Assembly: GCA_046861385.1 (NCBI GenBank)
Contig: JBHHTW010000027.1
Coordinates: 1 to 30,495 of the forward strand
From: Fidelibacterota bacterium
GTDB taxonomy: Bacteria > Fidelibacterota > Marinisomatia > Marinisomatales > TCS55
Length of the DNA stretch: 30,495 nucleotides
Direction of reading: 5' to 3'
Shown: in pieces, positions 18,000 to 27,591 of the stretch
Layout of the letters: every line of letters begins with the position of its first letter
How positions within the stretch are numbered: the first letter of the stretch is position 1
Made by a program: the position numbers and the translations under genes
Notes under the pieces: model-generated
The model's database searches: none
Told to the model about the DNA's origin: nothing
The model's input: only the letters and a program-made list of their open reading frames with translations

Positions 18000-18705
18000 C
18001 ATAATCTTATTCAGTTGTTTTGCATGGATCGCATGCACATCCCCGGAAATGCCGGCCCCTGAGAACGTAATAAATGATATCCCGATACAACCTTTGCCGG
18101 CCAAAAAGGTTGTTTTGCCAAAGAAAAATTTACCCAAAGGCTGGACGGTTAACCGGGAAACATTGGCTGATTGGCAAAGCAGTTTACCGGAAGTATTGGG
18201 GATCTCTCTCGATACCAATACAAGTGCTGAATTCTGGGAAGAAGGAATAACATTAAAATCAGGAATTAAACTTCCTCTAAAACGGGCCAAAGTGACTTTT
18301 CATCATCAAACACGTATTACCAGCGAAGTCATTGAACTTCAATTTATTAATGTCGATTACTTATACAGTGTAACAAATTTTGAATCTTCCCACTTTGAGT
18401 TGGACGGTGTACTAAAAACAGTTGAGTTAAAGGAAACACGATTTCCTCAATTAACTGCTGATGATGTCCTGAGGCATAAAGTGCTCATGGTTTATGGGAC
18501 TCCGGATGATTTCGATGGCACTTGGCACAAATACAAGGATAAAGATACCAATTTTTCTGTCAGAGTCGTTGACGATAAGCATCTTGCAGTTCAGATGCGA
18601 AGCCGTGCCGTGGAGAAAAAATTGAAGCAGGCATTGCAGGATATGTATTCTGAAGAAGGAATTGAGTTGAGAAAACAGCAGCTCATGGACGGCTTTGACC
18701 TCTAA
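17989..18705 (+). CDS. Hypothetical lipoprotein
   Basis: MKINIILFSCFAWIAC lipobox-like start at 17989, followed by a Pro-rich linker. Confidence 0.65.
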   Translation: MKINIILFSCFAWIACTSPEMPAPENVINDIPIQPLPAKKVVLPKKNLPKGWTVNRETLADWQSSLPEVLGISLDTNTSAEFWEEGITLKSGIKLPLKRAKVTFHHQTRITSEVIELQFINVDYLYSVTNFESSHFELDGVLKTVELKETRFPQLTADDVLRHKVLMVYGTPDDFDGTWHKYKDKDTNFSVRVVDDKHLAVQMRSRAVEKKLKQALQDMYSEEGIELRKQQLMDGFDL

Positions 18706-18716
18706 TATATTAATAC

Positions 18717-19994
18717 ATGCTGAAATATACAGTTTTTTTATTCCTTCTTTCTGGGACGTCCCTTGCCCAAATAGTATCTGATATTGATATCCGCGGTCAT
18801 GTAATCACGAAAGAGTACGTCATTCAACGTGAAATACAACACTTGGTCAATGTGGAATTAGATAGTGTATTGGCAGAAGAAGATCGAGACAGAATAGAAA
18901 ATGTCGGTATATTTAGTGTTGTGGAATGGCGGACAGTTCCCTTAGAAGACGGAACGGTGGAATTGCAGTACCATGTGACTGAATCCATGCGGATTCTTCC
19001 AATTGTCGCGCCATCATACGAGGAAGATACTGGCTGGTCGATTGTGTATGGTGGAATTTTAAAAAATTTGAGAGGGAGGAACGAGTCATTAGTGATTGGT
19101 GGTTTATTCGGAGGTATTAATGCATATGGTATTGAGTTCAGCGATCCCTGGATTTTTGGCGATCATGTATCAGTATCATTTCAAATAGGAAAACATGTTT
19201 CTGACCATGTTTTTTTGCCCTTTGAGCGTCAAACATCGTCTTTTGAGATGAACGTGGGACGTTATTTTGGATATCAAAGAAAAATAAGCATTGGATTTGA
19301 AATTGAGAAAAAGAAATTTGTGGGTGATAGTACAACCATTAAATATGAGTATTTTGCACCTCAAGCCAGTATGGTCTATGATACTCGGGATATTTATAAT
19401 GATCCTTCGCAAGGTGTGTATTTTTTTCACTCAGTTCAGTATTTTCGCTTTTTAAATAAAAAAAGTAATTCATTGTTTTGGAATCAATCCTACAGTGCTT
19501 TTATTTCGCCAGTAAAAGGGAAGAATAAAACAACCCTCGGATGGAATATTACCGTCAATTCTGCTCATGGCGATTTATTTAAAGAAATATTTAAGTTTGG
19601 TCTGGGTGGCGGATATTCTGTTCGCGGGTGGCAGATTGAAAATCCCACTTTATATTCAGAGGGTACACAGAATTATCGGTTTGGCTATTTCAGCGCAGTT
19701 TCGTCCATCGAACTTCGTCAAACAGTCATACCACGATTTGCTATTCAGCAAAAATCACCATTTGGACCGATAAAATCTGAATTTGGTTTGCAGGGTGTTT
19801 TATTCGCAGATGCCGGAGTGATTGGGAATCATTGGAGTGAATTATACGAAAAAATCCCCATGATCGGATTCGGAATAGGTTTTCGAATACCCGTAGCGAT
19901 GGTTGGTACTCTACGGTTTGATTATGGATGGTCCTTTTATAAGGGTCAGGCGGTGGAATCGTCTTTCCACTTCTCAGCGGGACATAAATTTTAA
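18717..19994 (+). CDS. Omp85 (BamA/TamA family) outer-membrane protein with one POTRA domain
   Basis: POTRA 'IDIRGHVITKEYVIQREI', 'NLRGRN', 'YDTRD', 'GGGYSVRG', 'FADAG', 'GFGIGFR', 'RFDYG', terminal F. Confidence 0.88.
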   Translation: MLKYTVFLFLLSGTSLAQIVSDIDIRGHVITKEYVIQREIQHLVNVELDSVLAEEDRDRIENVGIFSVVEWRTVPLEDGTVELQYHVTESMRILPIVAPSYEEDTGWSIVYGGILKNLRGRNESLVIGGLFGGINAYGIEFSDPWIFGDHVSVSFQIGKHVSDHVFLPFERQTSSFEMNVGRYFGYQRKISIGFEIEKKKFVGDSTTIKYEYFAPQASMVYDTRDIYNDPSQGVYFFHSVQYFRFLNKKSNSLFWNQSYSAFISPVKGKNKTTLGWNITVNSAHGDLFKEIFKFGLGGGYSVRGWQIENPTLYSEGTQNYRFGYFSAVSSIELRQTVIPRFAIQQKSPFGPIKSEFGLQGVLFADAGVIGNHWSELYEKIPMIGFGIGFRIPVAMVGTLRFDYGWSFYKGQAVESSFHFSAGHKF

Positions 19995-20026
19995 TCTGCT
20001 TGCGCGGATAATACCGGTGAGCGAAA

Positions 20027-20692
20027 TTATTTTCTCTTTCTGAATATCATTGCTTTTTCAAAGCGATTCTCACTCCCGTTTCGCAAACGGGATATATTAC
20101 TCCTGTGAGTGAAAATAATAAACCACGGAATTAATAAACTGAACACCAGTAACGATAGCGGAGCGGGATCCGTAATTCCCAAAGGCGGGAGAGTGAATAA
20201 AAAAAGAGGTAATGAAATCGATGCCAAAATAGATCCGACGGAAACGTAGCCAGTGAGAATAAGTGCCACAATAAAAACGATTAAACACAATGGAACTGTA
20301 ATGGGAAATAAAGCGATGAGCATTCCTCCAACAGTTCCAACACCTTTACCTCCTTTAAACCCGGCAAAAATAGTATAGATGTGTCCCAGAACAGCGGCAA
20401 AACCACATAAAATCTGTACAACACCTGTATCTTGGATGGGCTGCCCTTGAAATAAAGTCGTGGCATAAATAGCCGTCGGAAGCCAGCCTTTAAATACATC
20501 AATAATCACAACAGCTAAAGCAGGTTTCCAACCTAAAACACGAAATACGTTTGTCCCGCCGGCATTTCCACTGCCATGGTCACGAATATCAATGCCCTTA
20601 ACTATTTTTCCTACAATGATACTGGAGGGAAAAGAACCGGTTATGTAACTAGCAAATAACAACAAAATCAATTCAAAAGTTGAACTCATCAT
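20027..20692 (-). CDS. plsY: Glycerol-3-phosphate 1-O-acyltransferase
   Basis: 'DIRDHGSGNAGGTNVFR', 'DVFKG', 'LGH..IF.GFKGGKGV', 'HRSNISRL..G.E'. Confidence 0.95.
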   Translation of the reverse strand: MMSSTFELILLLFASYITGSFPSSIIVGKIVKGIDIRDHGSGNAGGTNVFRVLGWKPALAVVIIDVFKGWLPTAIYATTLFQGQPIQDTGVVQILCGFAAVLGHIYTIFAGFKGGKGVGTVGGMLIALFPITVPLCLIVFIVALILTGYVSVGSILASISLPLFLFTLPPLGITDPAPLSLLVFSLLIPWFIIFTHRSNISRLRNGSENRFEKAMIFRKRK

Positions 20693-22473
20693 GTATCACC
20701 TTTAATTGGTTGAAAAGCAACAACTATAGCATTTCGTCCCGCATGAACACATAAAGCAGGTCCCACATCTGAAACAAATACATTTTCGTCGCCGACTAAA
20801 TTCACAAACACTTTTCTAAATTCGTGTGCTTTTTCTTTATTTTTCACATGGCCGATACCCACTCGGAAAGGTTTTTTATCAGGTAGATTTTTCATTAAAT
20901 ATTTTAAGAATTTATCATATTTGTTTGAATGTCCAAATGTTTTACCGATGGACATAATCCCTTCTTTTCCGAGGGCTAATATAGGATTGATTCGTAATAC
21001 ATTGGCAATTGTTTGGGTAATAGGTGAAACTCGTCCACCTTTGACAGCAAAATCCAGAGCATCTAACGTAATAAATATTTTGGTACTAAATATGGCTTGT
21101 TCAGCTATTTTAATCACTTCGTCAAATGACCCCCCCTCTTTAATTGCATCAGCGACTCGCCATGCGATTAATCCTGTACCGATAGAACCATTACAGGCAT
21201 CCAGCACTTTTACCGGAAAATCGCGGAGTGATTTTGTTGCGGTGACCGCTGATTGAAATGTTCCACTGGAAACTGCAGGGAGGTGAAGAGAAACAGCTGA
21301 TTCATAATGGCTGGCCAGGAATTGATATTGTCTGCGAAAATCCCCCGGCGATGGTTGAGATGTTTTGGGATGAATCGGATTTCGATCAATCTCCGTCCAA
21401 AATTCATCCCCGGTCATTGTAATTTTATCCACATAATGTTTTTCACCAAAATTCAGACGGATCGGAACGACATGAATATCTAATTCATCAATCATTTCCT
21501 CAGGTAGATCACATCCGGAATCCACCACTAGGGCAATGGACTTATTATTTTTTTGAGCATCTTTTTGTTGACGAAGCATATCGTCAGCTTTTTCACCACT
21601 GATTTCTCCGAATCCCTCACATAATTCCATAATCATTTTTGGTTCGTTCGTATGAATATGAACTTTTGCTTTTTTCTTCGTTCCGGCTAAAACAATGCTT
21701 TCGCCATATTCCATTAATTTTTCACGTAATACAATACGATCAATGTTATCGCCTATCACGGTACATTCTGTACAATATCGATATGTTTCGTCAAGGTCAG
21801 AATTATTTTGTACTGGAGATTCTGATATTTTGATATTTTTAATATCTGTGATAGAACCGTTATCAATGAATTCTTGAATACCGTTCATAAGGTCCACAAA
21901 TCCTTGTGCTCCGGCGTCAACAACTCCTGCTTTCGCGAGGACATCTAATTGTTCAGGCGTTCTTTTTAAAGACTCTTGGGCTTCAATCAGAGACTCCCTG
22001 AGTAAACTACGAAAATCTTTGTTGGTTTTACTATTTGCTTTAATATCATCTACCCAGTCGGAAATAACTGACAGAATTGTCCCTTCCTTGGGCGTCGCTA
22101 ATGCGTCGTACGCATATTCTTTTGCTGTACTTAAGGCATGACCAAAGTCAGTAGTCTTCAGTTCTTTCTTATTGATAATCCCTTCTGAAAAACCAACAAA
22201 AAATTGAGCTAGAATGGCGCCGGAATTCCCACGAGCTCCGTCTAAAGCTGCATCCGCAATGGAAGCGCTCATTCTTCCGATATTGGAATGAATATTATTG
22301 GCAACTCCATCTTCAATTGACGTGAGGGTATATGCCATGTTCGTCCCAGTATCAGAGTCAGGAACAGGAAATACATTTATTTTGTTTAGATAATCCTGAC
22401 GGGAAACCACTCTTTTGAGACCTATTGAGAGAGACCGATATAATCGGATTCCATCTAAATACTCAATGGCCAT
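20689..22473 (-). CDS. DAK2-DegV fusion (fatty acid kinase FakA/FakB-like)
   Basis: 'LNKINVFPVPDSDTGTNM', 'GARGNSG', 'GVVDAG', 'YCTE', 'KVHIH'; DegV 'TSQPSP', 'SGTFQSA', 'KGGR', 'HAG'. Confidence 0.92.
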   Translation of the reverse strand: MAIEYLDGIRLYRSLSIGLKRVVSRQDYLNKINVFPVPDSDTGTNMAYTLTSIEDGVANNIHSNIGRMSASIADAALDGARGNSGAILAQFFVGFSEGIINKKELKTTDFGHALSTAKEYAYDALATPKEGTILSVISDWVDDIKANSKTNKDFRSLLRESLIEAQESLKRTPEQLDVLAKAGVVDAGAQGFVDLMNGIQEFIDNGSITDIKNIKISESPVQNNSDLDETYRYCTECTVIGDNIDRIVLREKLMEYGESIVLAGTKKKAKVHIHTNEPKMIMELCEGFGEISGEKADDMLRQQKDAQKNNKSIALVVDSGCDLPEEMIDELDIHVVPIRLNFGEKHYVDKITMTGDEFWTEIDRNPIHPKTSQPSPGDFRRQYQFLASHYESAVSLHLPAVSSGTFQSAVTATKSLRDFPVKVLDACNGSIGTGLIAWRVADAIKEGGSFDEVIKIAEQAIFSTKIFITLDALDFAVKGGRVSPITQTIANVLRINPILALGKEGIMSIGKTFGHSNKYDKFLKYLMKNLPDKKPFRVGIGHVKNKEKAHEFRKVFVNLVGDENVFVSDVGPALCVHAGRNAIVVAFQPIKGDT

Positions 22474-22479
22474 TGTTAC

Positions 22480-23079
22480 TTATTTTGGGAATTTGTGTAA
22501 TTGGTTTTTTGGCGGTGCAATCAAGCCTCCGGATATAACCATTTTAATCCCTTCTTCAACAGTCATATCTGTTTTCATTGTATCGCTTTGAGGTATTATA
22601 ATAAAAAATCCTGATGTTGGATTTGGTGTTGTAGGAACAAATATATGATAATATTTAACTTCATTTCCGTCAACAGATTCGCCGGTGACGAATGCCAATG
22701 TCCAAACTCCAATTCTAGGATATTGAAGAAAAATTACTTTTTGGAAATTTTTTCCTTCAGCCGTTCCCGTAAAAGCACTCATAAACTGTTTTATTGTTTT
22801 ATAAATTGTGTTTACAAGAGGAATAGTAAAAAGAATTTTTTCTCCCCACGTAAACAACTTTCTCCCTAATACATTACGAATGATTAATCCCAAAATGTAA
22901 ACAGCTAAGAAAGTCAGTACTATTCCAAGACCGGGTATATGAAATCCAATTCTCCTTAAAAATGGAGCGGAAATATTATCCAAAAAACGAAATGTAAATA
23001 GTAAGAGATAAACGGTTAATGCCAGAGGCACTATCGTTAGTATCCCCGTAATAATCGTTCGTTTAATATGTGTCCACAT
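22480..23079 (-). CDS. DUF502 domain membrane protein
   Basis: 'IPLVNTIYKTIKQ', 'FVPTTPNPTSGF', 'MTVEEGIKMVISGG'; real start MWTHIKR at 23079. Confidence 0.9.
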   Translation of the reverse strand: MWTHIKRTIITGILTIVPLALTVYLLLFTFRFLDNISAPFLRRIGFHIPGLGIVLTFLAVYILGLIIRNVLGRKLFTWGEKILFTIPLVNTIYKTIKQFMSAFTGTAEGKNFQKVIFLQYPRIGVWTLAFVTGESVDGNEVKYYHIFVPTTPNPTSGFFIIIPQSDTMKTDMTVEEGIKMVISGGLIAPPKNQLHKFPK

Positions 23080-23084
23080 AATTG

Positions 23085-23582
23085 CTACAATGATTTCTCT
23101 AATTCCAGGAGAAAAACTTTTCGTTCCAGTGTACCACCGTATCCACCTAGCCCTCCGCCTGTTTGCAGCACACGATGACAAGGAATCACAATCGGCAATG
23201 GGTTATTTGCATTTGCAGAACCAACCGCCCGAACGGCTCTTGGTCTCCCAGCTTGATTAGCGATATTCTTGTAAGTTGTAGTTTGACCAAATGGGATTTT
23301 GCTCACTTCAGCTAATGCTTTTGTATAGAAAGGTGGCGCTTTCAAATCCAGCTCAATATCAAACGATTGTCTGCTTCCGGAAAAATATTCTTCAAACTGT
23401 CGCTTAATTTTATTCAATGCTGTTTCATCTTGAATGACTGCGCAATTCGGAAAATCCTTTATTAAAGATAGTTCAAATGGAGCGTCTTCAGGGAAATTAA
23501 CTCGACATAACCCTCTATCGGATAATGCAAGACCCATAATCCCAAATGGTGTGTTTACTGTTCCGAATTTTATGGTTTTCAT
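23085..23582 (-). CDS. ogt: Methylated-DNA-[protein]-cysteine S-methyltransferase
   Basis: 'IPFGQTTTY', 'RAVGSANANNP..IVIPCHRV', 'LGGYGG'. Confidence 0.93.
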   Translation of the reverse strand: MKTIKFGTVNTPFGIMGLALSDRGLCRVNFPEDAPFELSLIKDFPNCAVIQDETALNKIKRQFEEYFSGSRQSFDIELDLKAPPFYTKALAEVSKIPFGQTTTYKNIANQAGRPRAVRAVGSANANNPLPIVIPCHRVLQTGGGLGGYGGTLERKVFLLELEKSL

Positions 23583-23677
23583 GTTACCCTTTTAAATTTA
23601 TGCAGTCGGTTTTGTTAAGCATTCTAATTATAATAGAAAAAGAATTTAAACACGGCAAAAGTAATTTACTTGAAATT

Positions 23678-24550
23678 CTATCGTTTCAAATTTACTATCA
23701 CAGCGCCAATTATGACAATTACAGCCCCCAGGATTGATAGTAGAGTCAATGTTTCATCCAAAAAGTACCAGCCAATCATAAAAGCAATTACTGGCGGCGG
23801 AAATGCGATATAAGCAATTTGTGTCATTGAAATATGTTTAAATAACCAAATATAAACCATCCATGCAGCTACGGTGCCAAACAACGTTAAATAAACTATG
23901 GCAAATATATTGAATGGACTCCAAACCATAGTTTGTTGTGCCTCTACAAAATATGAAATTGATAATAGAATGATCCCGGCGCTTGTTTGACATATACCGT
24001 TCATTGATAGGGGGTCAATGCTCTCAATATTTTTTTTCAAATAAACATTGGGCCATGCAGCCCCTATGACAGCCAGCAGGGTTAAACCCATGCCCAAAAA
24101 TACTTGATTTCCACCCATGGTTTTACCTTGAGAAAGGATTAGAATGACGCCAACCGTTCCAATGAGAATTGTGATAATTTTATTGGGTGTAAGTCTCTCA
24201 TTTTTTAAATAAAAATGGGAAATAATTACAATGACAAATGGAAATCCAGCCCACAAAATAGAAGATAGATTGGAATAGATAAATTGAGCAGCGTAATAAG
24301 AAAGTCCGTAAGCGAACACAAAATTCATTAGGGTAAATAATATATACGTATTGATTGCTTTTCTGGATCGTGGAATAGATTTTCCTTTCACAGCAGTTAC
24401 AGCAAGTAAAATGAGTCCAGCCAAAACAAATCGGAGTCCGACGCCATAAATCGGCGGTGTTCCATCAATAATACTTTTTTTTAATATCACCCAGGTTGTC
24501 CCCCAGATTACGCAAAGGATTGAATATGATATTGCTACTTTTGGTTTCAT
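23678..24550 (-). CDS. EamA/DMT family transporter
   Basis: 'IWGTTW', about 10 TM segments in two EamA repeats. Confidence 0.9.
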   Translation of the reverse strand: MKPKVAISYSILCVIWGTTWVILKKSIIDGTPPIYGVGLRFVLAGLILLAVTAVKGKSIPRSRKAINTYILFTLMNFVFAYGLSYYAAQFIYSNLSSILWAGFPFVIVIISHFYLKNERLTPNKIITILIGTVGVILILSQGKTMGGNQVFLGMGLTLLAVIGAAWPNVYLKKNIESIDPLSMNGICQTSAGIILLSISYFVEAQQTMVWSPFNIFAIVYLTLFGTVAAWMVYIWLFKHISMTQIAYIAFPPPVIAFMIGWYFLDETLTLLSILGAVIVIIGAVIVNLKR

Positions 24551-24557
24551 GATGTAT

Positions 24558-24593
24558 AAATAAAAAACTCCGCAAATGCGGAGTTTTTTATTT
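24558..24593. terminator. Bidirectional-type intrinsic terminator after secF
   Basis: AAATAAAAAACTCCGC-AAAT-GCGGAGTTTTTTATTT perfect 16-bp arms. Confidence 0.85.
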
Positions 24594-24620
24594 TAAGTAA
24601 GGAGGTATACTGGGAAAATT

Positions 24621-25544
24621 TCAATTCTTTTTATGCAGTTGAACAACAAGAGGACTGGCGATGTATATGCTGGAATATGTACCGACAATTACGCCGATTA
24701 ACATGGCGAAAGCAAAATAATGAATCACTTCACCACCGAATATGAATAGAATAAATACAACCAAAAAGGTTGTTAATGATGTAATCACCGTTCTGCTCAA
24801 TGAGTCATTTAAACTTCGATCAACGATATCCGAATATGATACACGTTTCAACATTTTAACATTTTCCCTAATCCGGTCAAATATAACAATCGTATCATTT
24901 AGTGAATAACCGACAATGGTCAGAAATGCGGCAATAATCGGTAGAGATATTTCGTAATCCATAATGGAAAAAATGCCCAATGTGATAATAACATCGTGGG
25001 TTAGAGCGCCAATTGCACTCACTGCGAATTTGAATTCAAATCGAATAGAAATATAGATCAGAATTAGAATCAAAGCAGAAACAATAGCCATGACAGCTTT
25101 ACCGCTAAGTTCAGCTCCAATTTTTGGGCCGACCTTTTCAATTGATAGTATAAAGTGATTCACATCGGAAGGAACAAGTGCCGGAAATGATTCATACAAA
25201 TGGTCGACAATCAGCTGTGGAAAGTTTTCAGGCTGGTCGTCGATGAGGGGTAATCGGACGGATATGTCTCTGCTGGTACCAAATCGTTTAATCTCGGCTT
25301 TGCTGAAATCATGGATGAGTCCGTCAACGGATACGTGTCCCATTGCATTACGAACATTATCGACATCCATATCCTCTGTAAATTGAACGGCAACGAGTGT
25401 ACCGCCTTTGAAATCAACACTTAACCTTGGACCTCCCTGTAGAAAAAGGGAAATCAATCCAGCCAGAATAATTGTTCCTGACAGAAAAAATGCAAATCGG
25501 CTTTGACCGATAAAGTGAATATTTGTTTCTCTTAGTAATCTCAT
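24621..25544 (-). CDS. secF: Protein translocase subunit SecF
   Basis: 'SVDFKGGT', 'VGPKIGAEL', 'HDV', 'GYSLNDTIVIFDRIRE', 'GTYSSIYIA'. Confidence 0.97.
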   Translation of the reverse strand: MRLLRETNIHFIGQSRFAFFLSGTIILAGLISLFLQGGPRLSVDFKGGTLVAVQFTEDMDVDNVRNAMGHVSVDGLIHDFSKAEIKRFGTSRDISVRLPLIDDQPENFPQLIVDHLYESFPALVPSDVNHFILSIEKVGPKIGAELSGKAVMAIVSALILILIYISIRFEFKFAVSAIGALTHDVIITLGIFSIMDYEISLPIIAAFLTIVGYSLNDTIVIFDRIRENVKMLKRVSYSDIVDRSLNDSLSRTVITSLTTFLVVFILFIFGGEVIHYFAFAMLIGVIVGTYSSIYIASPLVVQLHKKN

Positions 25545-27457
25545 ATGCTCAAACTCTGCATCCCCCGGCGTTCAGTGAGGGTATTAAAAATGGTTCGTGT
25601 AACAAAAATAGCTGTAAACATGGAAATGATAATTCCCCAGAAGAGAACCGTTGCGAATCCGCGAATAGGACCCGTTCCAAATTGATATAAAACTAATGAT
25701 GCAATCAGTGTGGTGACATTCGCATCAATGATTGTGGTTAAAGCCCGGTTATATCCAGCGTCGATTGCAGCCCGGGGAGTTTTTCCTTTACGACCTTCTT
25801 CACGAATACGTTCAAAAATAATCACATTCGCGTCAATAGACATCCCAACAGTTAAAATTAATGCTGCAATACCGGGAAGAGTTAGAGTGGCATCCAACAT
25901 AGCAAGAATTGCTAAAACGAGGATAATATTCCAAATCAATGCGAAGTCAGCAATGAATCCGGACCATTTGTAATATACCACCATAAATATCAAAACCAAT
26001 ACCAATCCAATGACGACAGACCGGGTTCCCTTTGTAACCGAATCAGCTCCCAACGATGGACCAACAACTCTTTCTTCAATAATTTTCACAGGAGCTGGTA
26101 ATGCGCCCGCTCTTAAAACAATGGCAATATCTTTGGCTTCGTTCATATTGGCAAAACCTTCAATCATGGTTCCACCATCAGAAATCTTTGAGCGAATCAC
26201 CGGAGCCATATGCACTTTTTTATCCAAGACAATAGCGACACGGCGACCAATATTACCACCGGTTACTCTTGACCACACACGTGATCCCTCTGAATTCATA
26301 TCCAATAAAACAATGGACTGTCCCGATGCAGTACTACCGGTACCACCGATACTTGCGCTGGCTTTTTCCACTACTCCACCTGTAAGTTCGGATTCACCTT
26401 CCAGATAAAACATTCTGTACATTTTTTCCTGATTACCGTCGACATTGGAAAAAACTTCCATATCATCGCTTAATAAAAACCGGCCGTTTGCGGCATCCAT
26501 TTTTGCTTTTACTTCATCCATTTCCAGAATATTTTTTATGATGTAGGCATTTTTTTCCGGAACACCAATATCATTTCCCAAACGCCTGAGCAATGAAGAG
26601 AAAGGTCTGTCCTCAACCATGTTTTTGTCAACAACAATAGATGTATCCTTGGAATCCGCTTCCGTCTGTGCCGATTGCTCACCAAACAATTCACTGACCG
26701 AGATCGTTTCGTCCTCACTCACTGTCGCTTCTTCTTTGGAGCCATTACCGCCAGCGGATTCGGTTAACGCGATTAGTTCGTCGCTTCCCCTAATAACTTT
26801 ATCGATGCGAAGAAGCATATCATTTGTCAGATCAAGAGACTTGACCAGAACAAATTCTAGAAGGGCAGTACTTTGAAGCAAGTCACGTGCACGTTCTGCG
26901 TCCTGGATACCGGCTAACTCAACAATGATTCTACGATGACCCTGCTTTTGAATCGTCGGTTCGGACACACCGAATTGATCTACACGATTCTGCAGAATTT
27001 CCAATACACGGTCAATTGCATCCTGACCTTCATCACGAAGACCAGACATAATCTCATCAGCAGTACCGCCATAATCGACATCATAATAGCGTTTCAGTCG
27101 AAGACCATTTTCAGAAAATTCCTGTTGGAATGTTTGGTAAAAATCAAGTTGTGAATCACTTTCCAGCTTTTTACGGACATTTACCAGAGTTGATTCAAAG
27201 CGCTTATCCTTGTTGATAGCCAAGTTTTGAACCATGGTCGGTAAATCCACTTCTAGTACAATATAGATACCGCCTTTTAAATCCAAGCCCTGTTTAATAA
27301 TCTTGCTTTCAAGTGCTTGCAGCGTTCCGTTTCCTCTCATGGTATCGATATCATCTGTGGATAAATTATGATATTTTATTGTTGGCCAAATGGCAAAAAC
27401 TGCCCAGACCAGAACGAGTGCAATAATGATATATCTTGGTGTTTGTTTACTATTCAT
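25541..27457 (-). CDS. secD: Protein translocase subunit SecD
   Basis: 'GLDLKGG', 'RVDQFGVSEP', 'AIVLD', 'LRAGALP', 'VGPSLG', 'DANVIIFERIRE'; ATGA overlap with secF. Confidence 0.97.
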   Translation of the reverse strand: MNSKQTPRYIIIALVLVWAVFAIWPTIKYHNLSTDDIDTMRGNGTLQALESKIIKQGLDLKGGIYIVLEVDLPTMVQNLAINKDKRFESTLVNVRKKLESDSQLDFYQTFQQEFSENGLRLKRYYDVDYGGTADEIMSGLRDEGQDAIDRVLEILQNRVDQFGVSEPTIQKQGHRRIIVELAGIQDAERARDLLQSTALLEFVLVKSLDLTNDMLLRIDKVIRGSDELIALTESAGGNGSKEEATVSEDETISVSELFGEQSAQTEADSKDTSIVVDKNMVEDRPFSSLLRRLGNDIGVPEKNAYIIKNILEMDEVKAKMDAANGRFLLSDDMEVFSNVDGNQEKMYRMFYLEGESELTGGVVEKASASIGGTGSTASGQSIVLLDMNSEGSRVWSRVTGGNIGRRVAIVLDKKVHMAPVIRSKISDGGTMIEGFANMNEAKDIAIVLRAGALPAPVKIIEERVVGPSLGADSVTKGTRSVVIGLVLVLIFMVVYYKWSGFIADFALIWNIILVLAILAMLDATLTLPGIAALILTVGMSIDANVIIFERIREEGRKGKTPRAAIDAGYNRALTTIIDANVTTLIASLVLYQFGTGPIRGFATVLFWGIIISMFTAIFVTRTIFNTLTERRGMQSLSI

Positions 27458-27494
27458 ATAGAAATAAATATTTTAGGTTTGAAAAAAGCCCGGG

Positions 27495-27524
27495 AATATA
27501 CCCAGCATGAGAAAGAGGTGTCAA
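27495..27524 (-). promoter_or_regulatory. Sigma70-like promoter of secDF
   Basis: TTGACA-N18-TATATT, ending 37 nt upstream of the secD ATG. Confidence 0.6.
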
Positions 27525-27591
27525 ACGATTTAACATGTTTAACATGTTAAATGATGTATTTATAATCCATTTATAAAAAATTATCATTTAG

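Noticed and set aside
22480-23181. Extended N-termini from the ORF track (DUF502 from 23181; similarly tdh from 29989 and the lipoprotein from 17932)
   Set aside because: The extensions overlap neighbours or lack family resemblance; downstream ATGs fit better.
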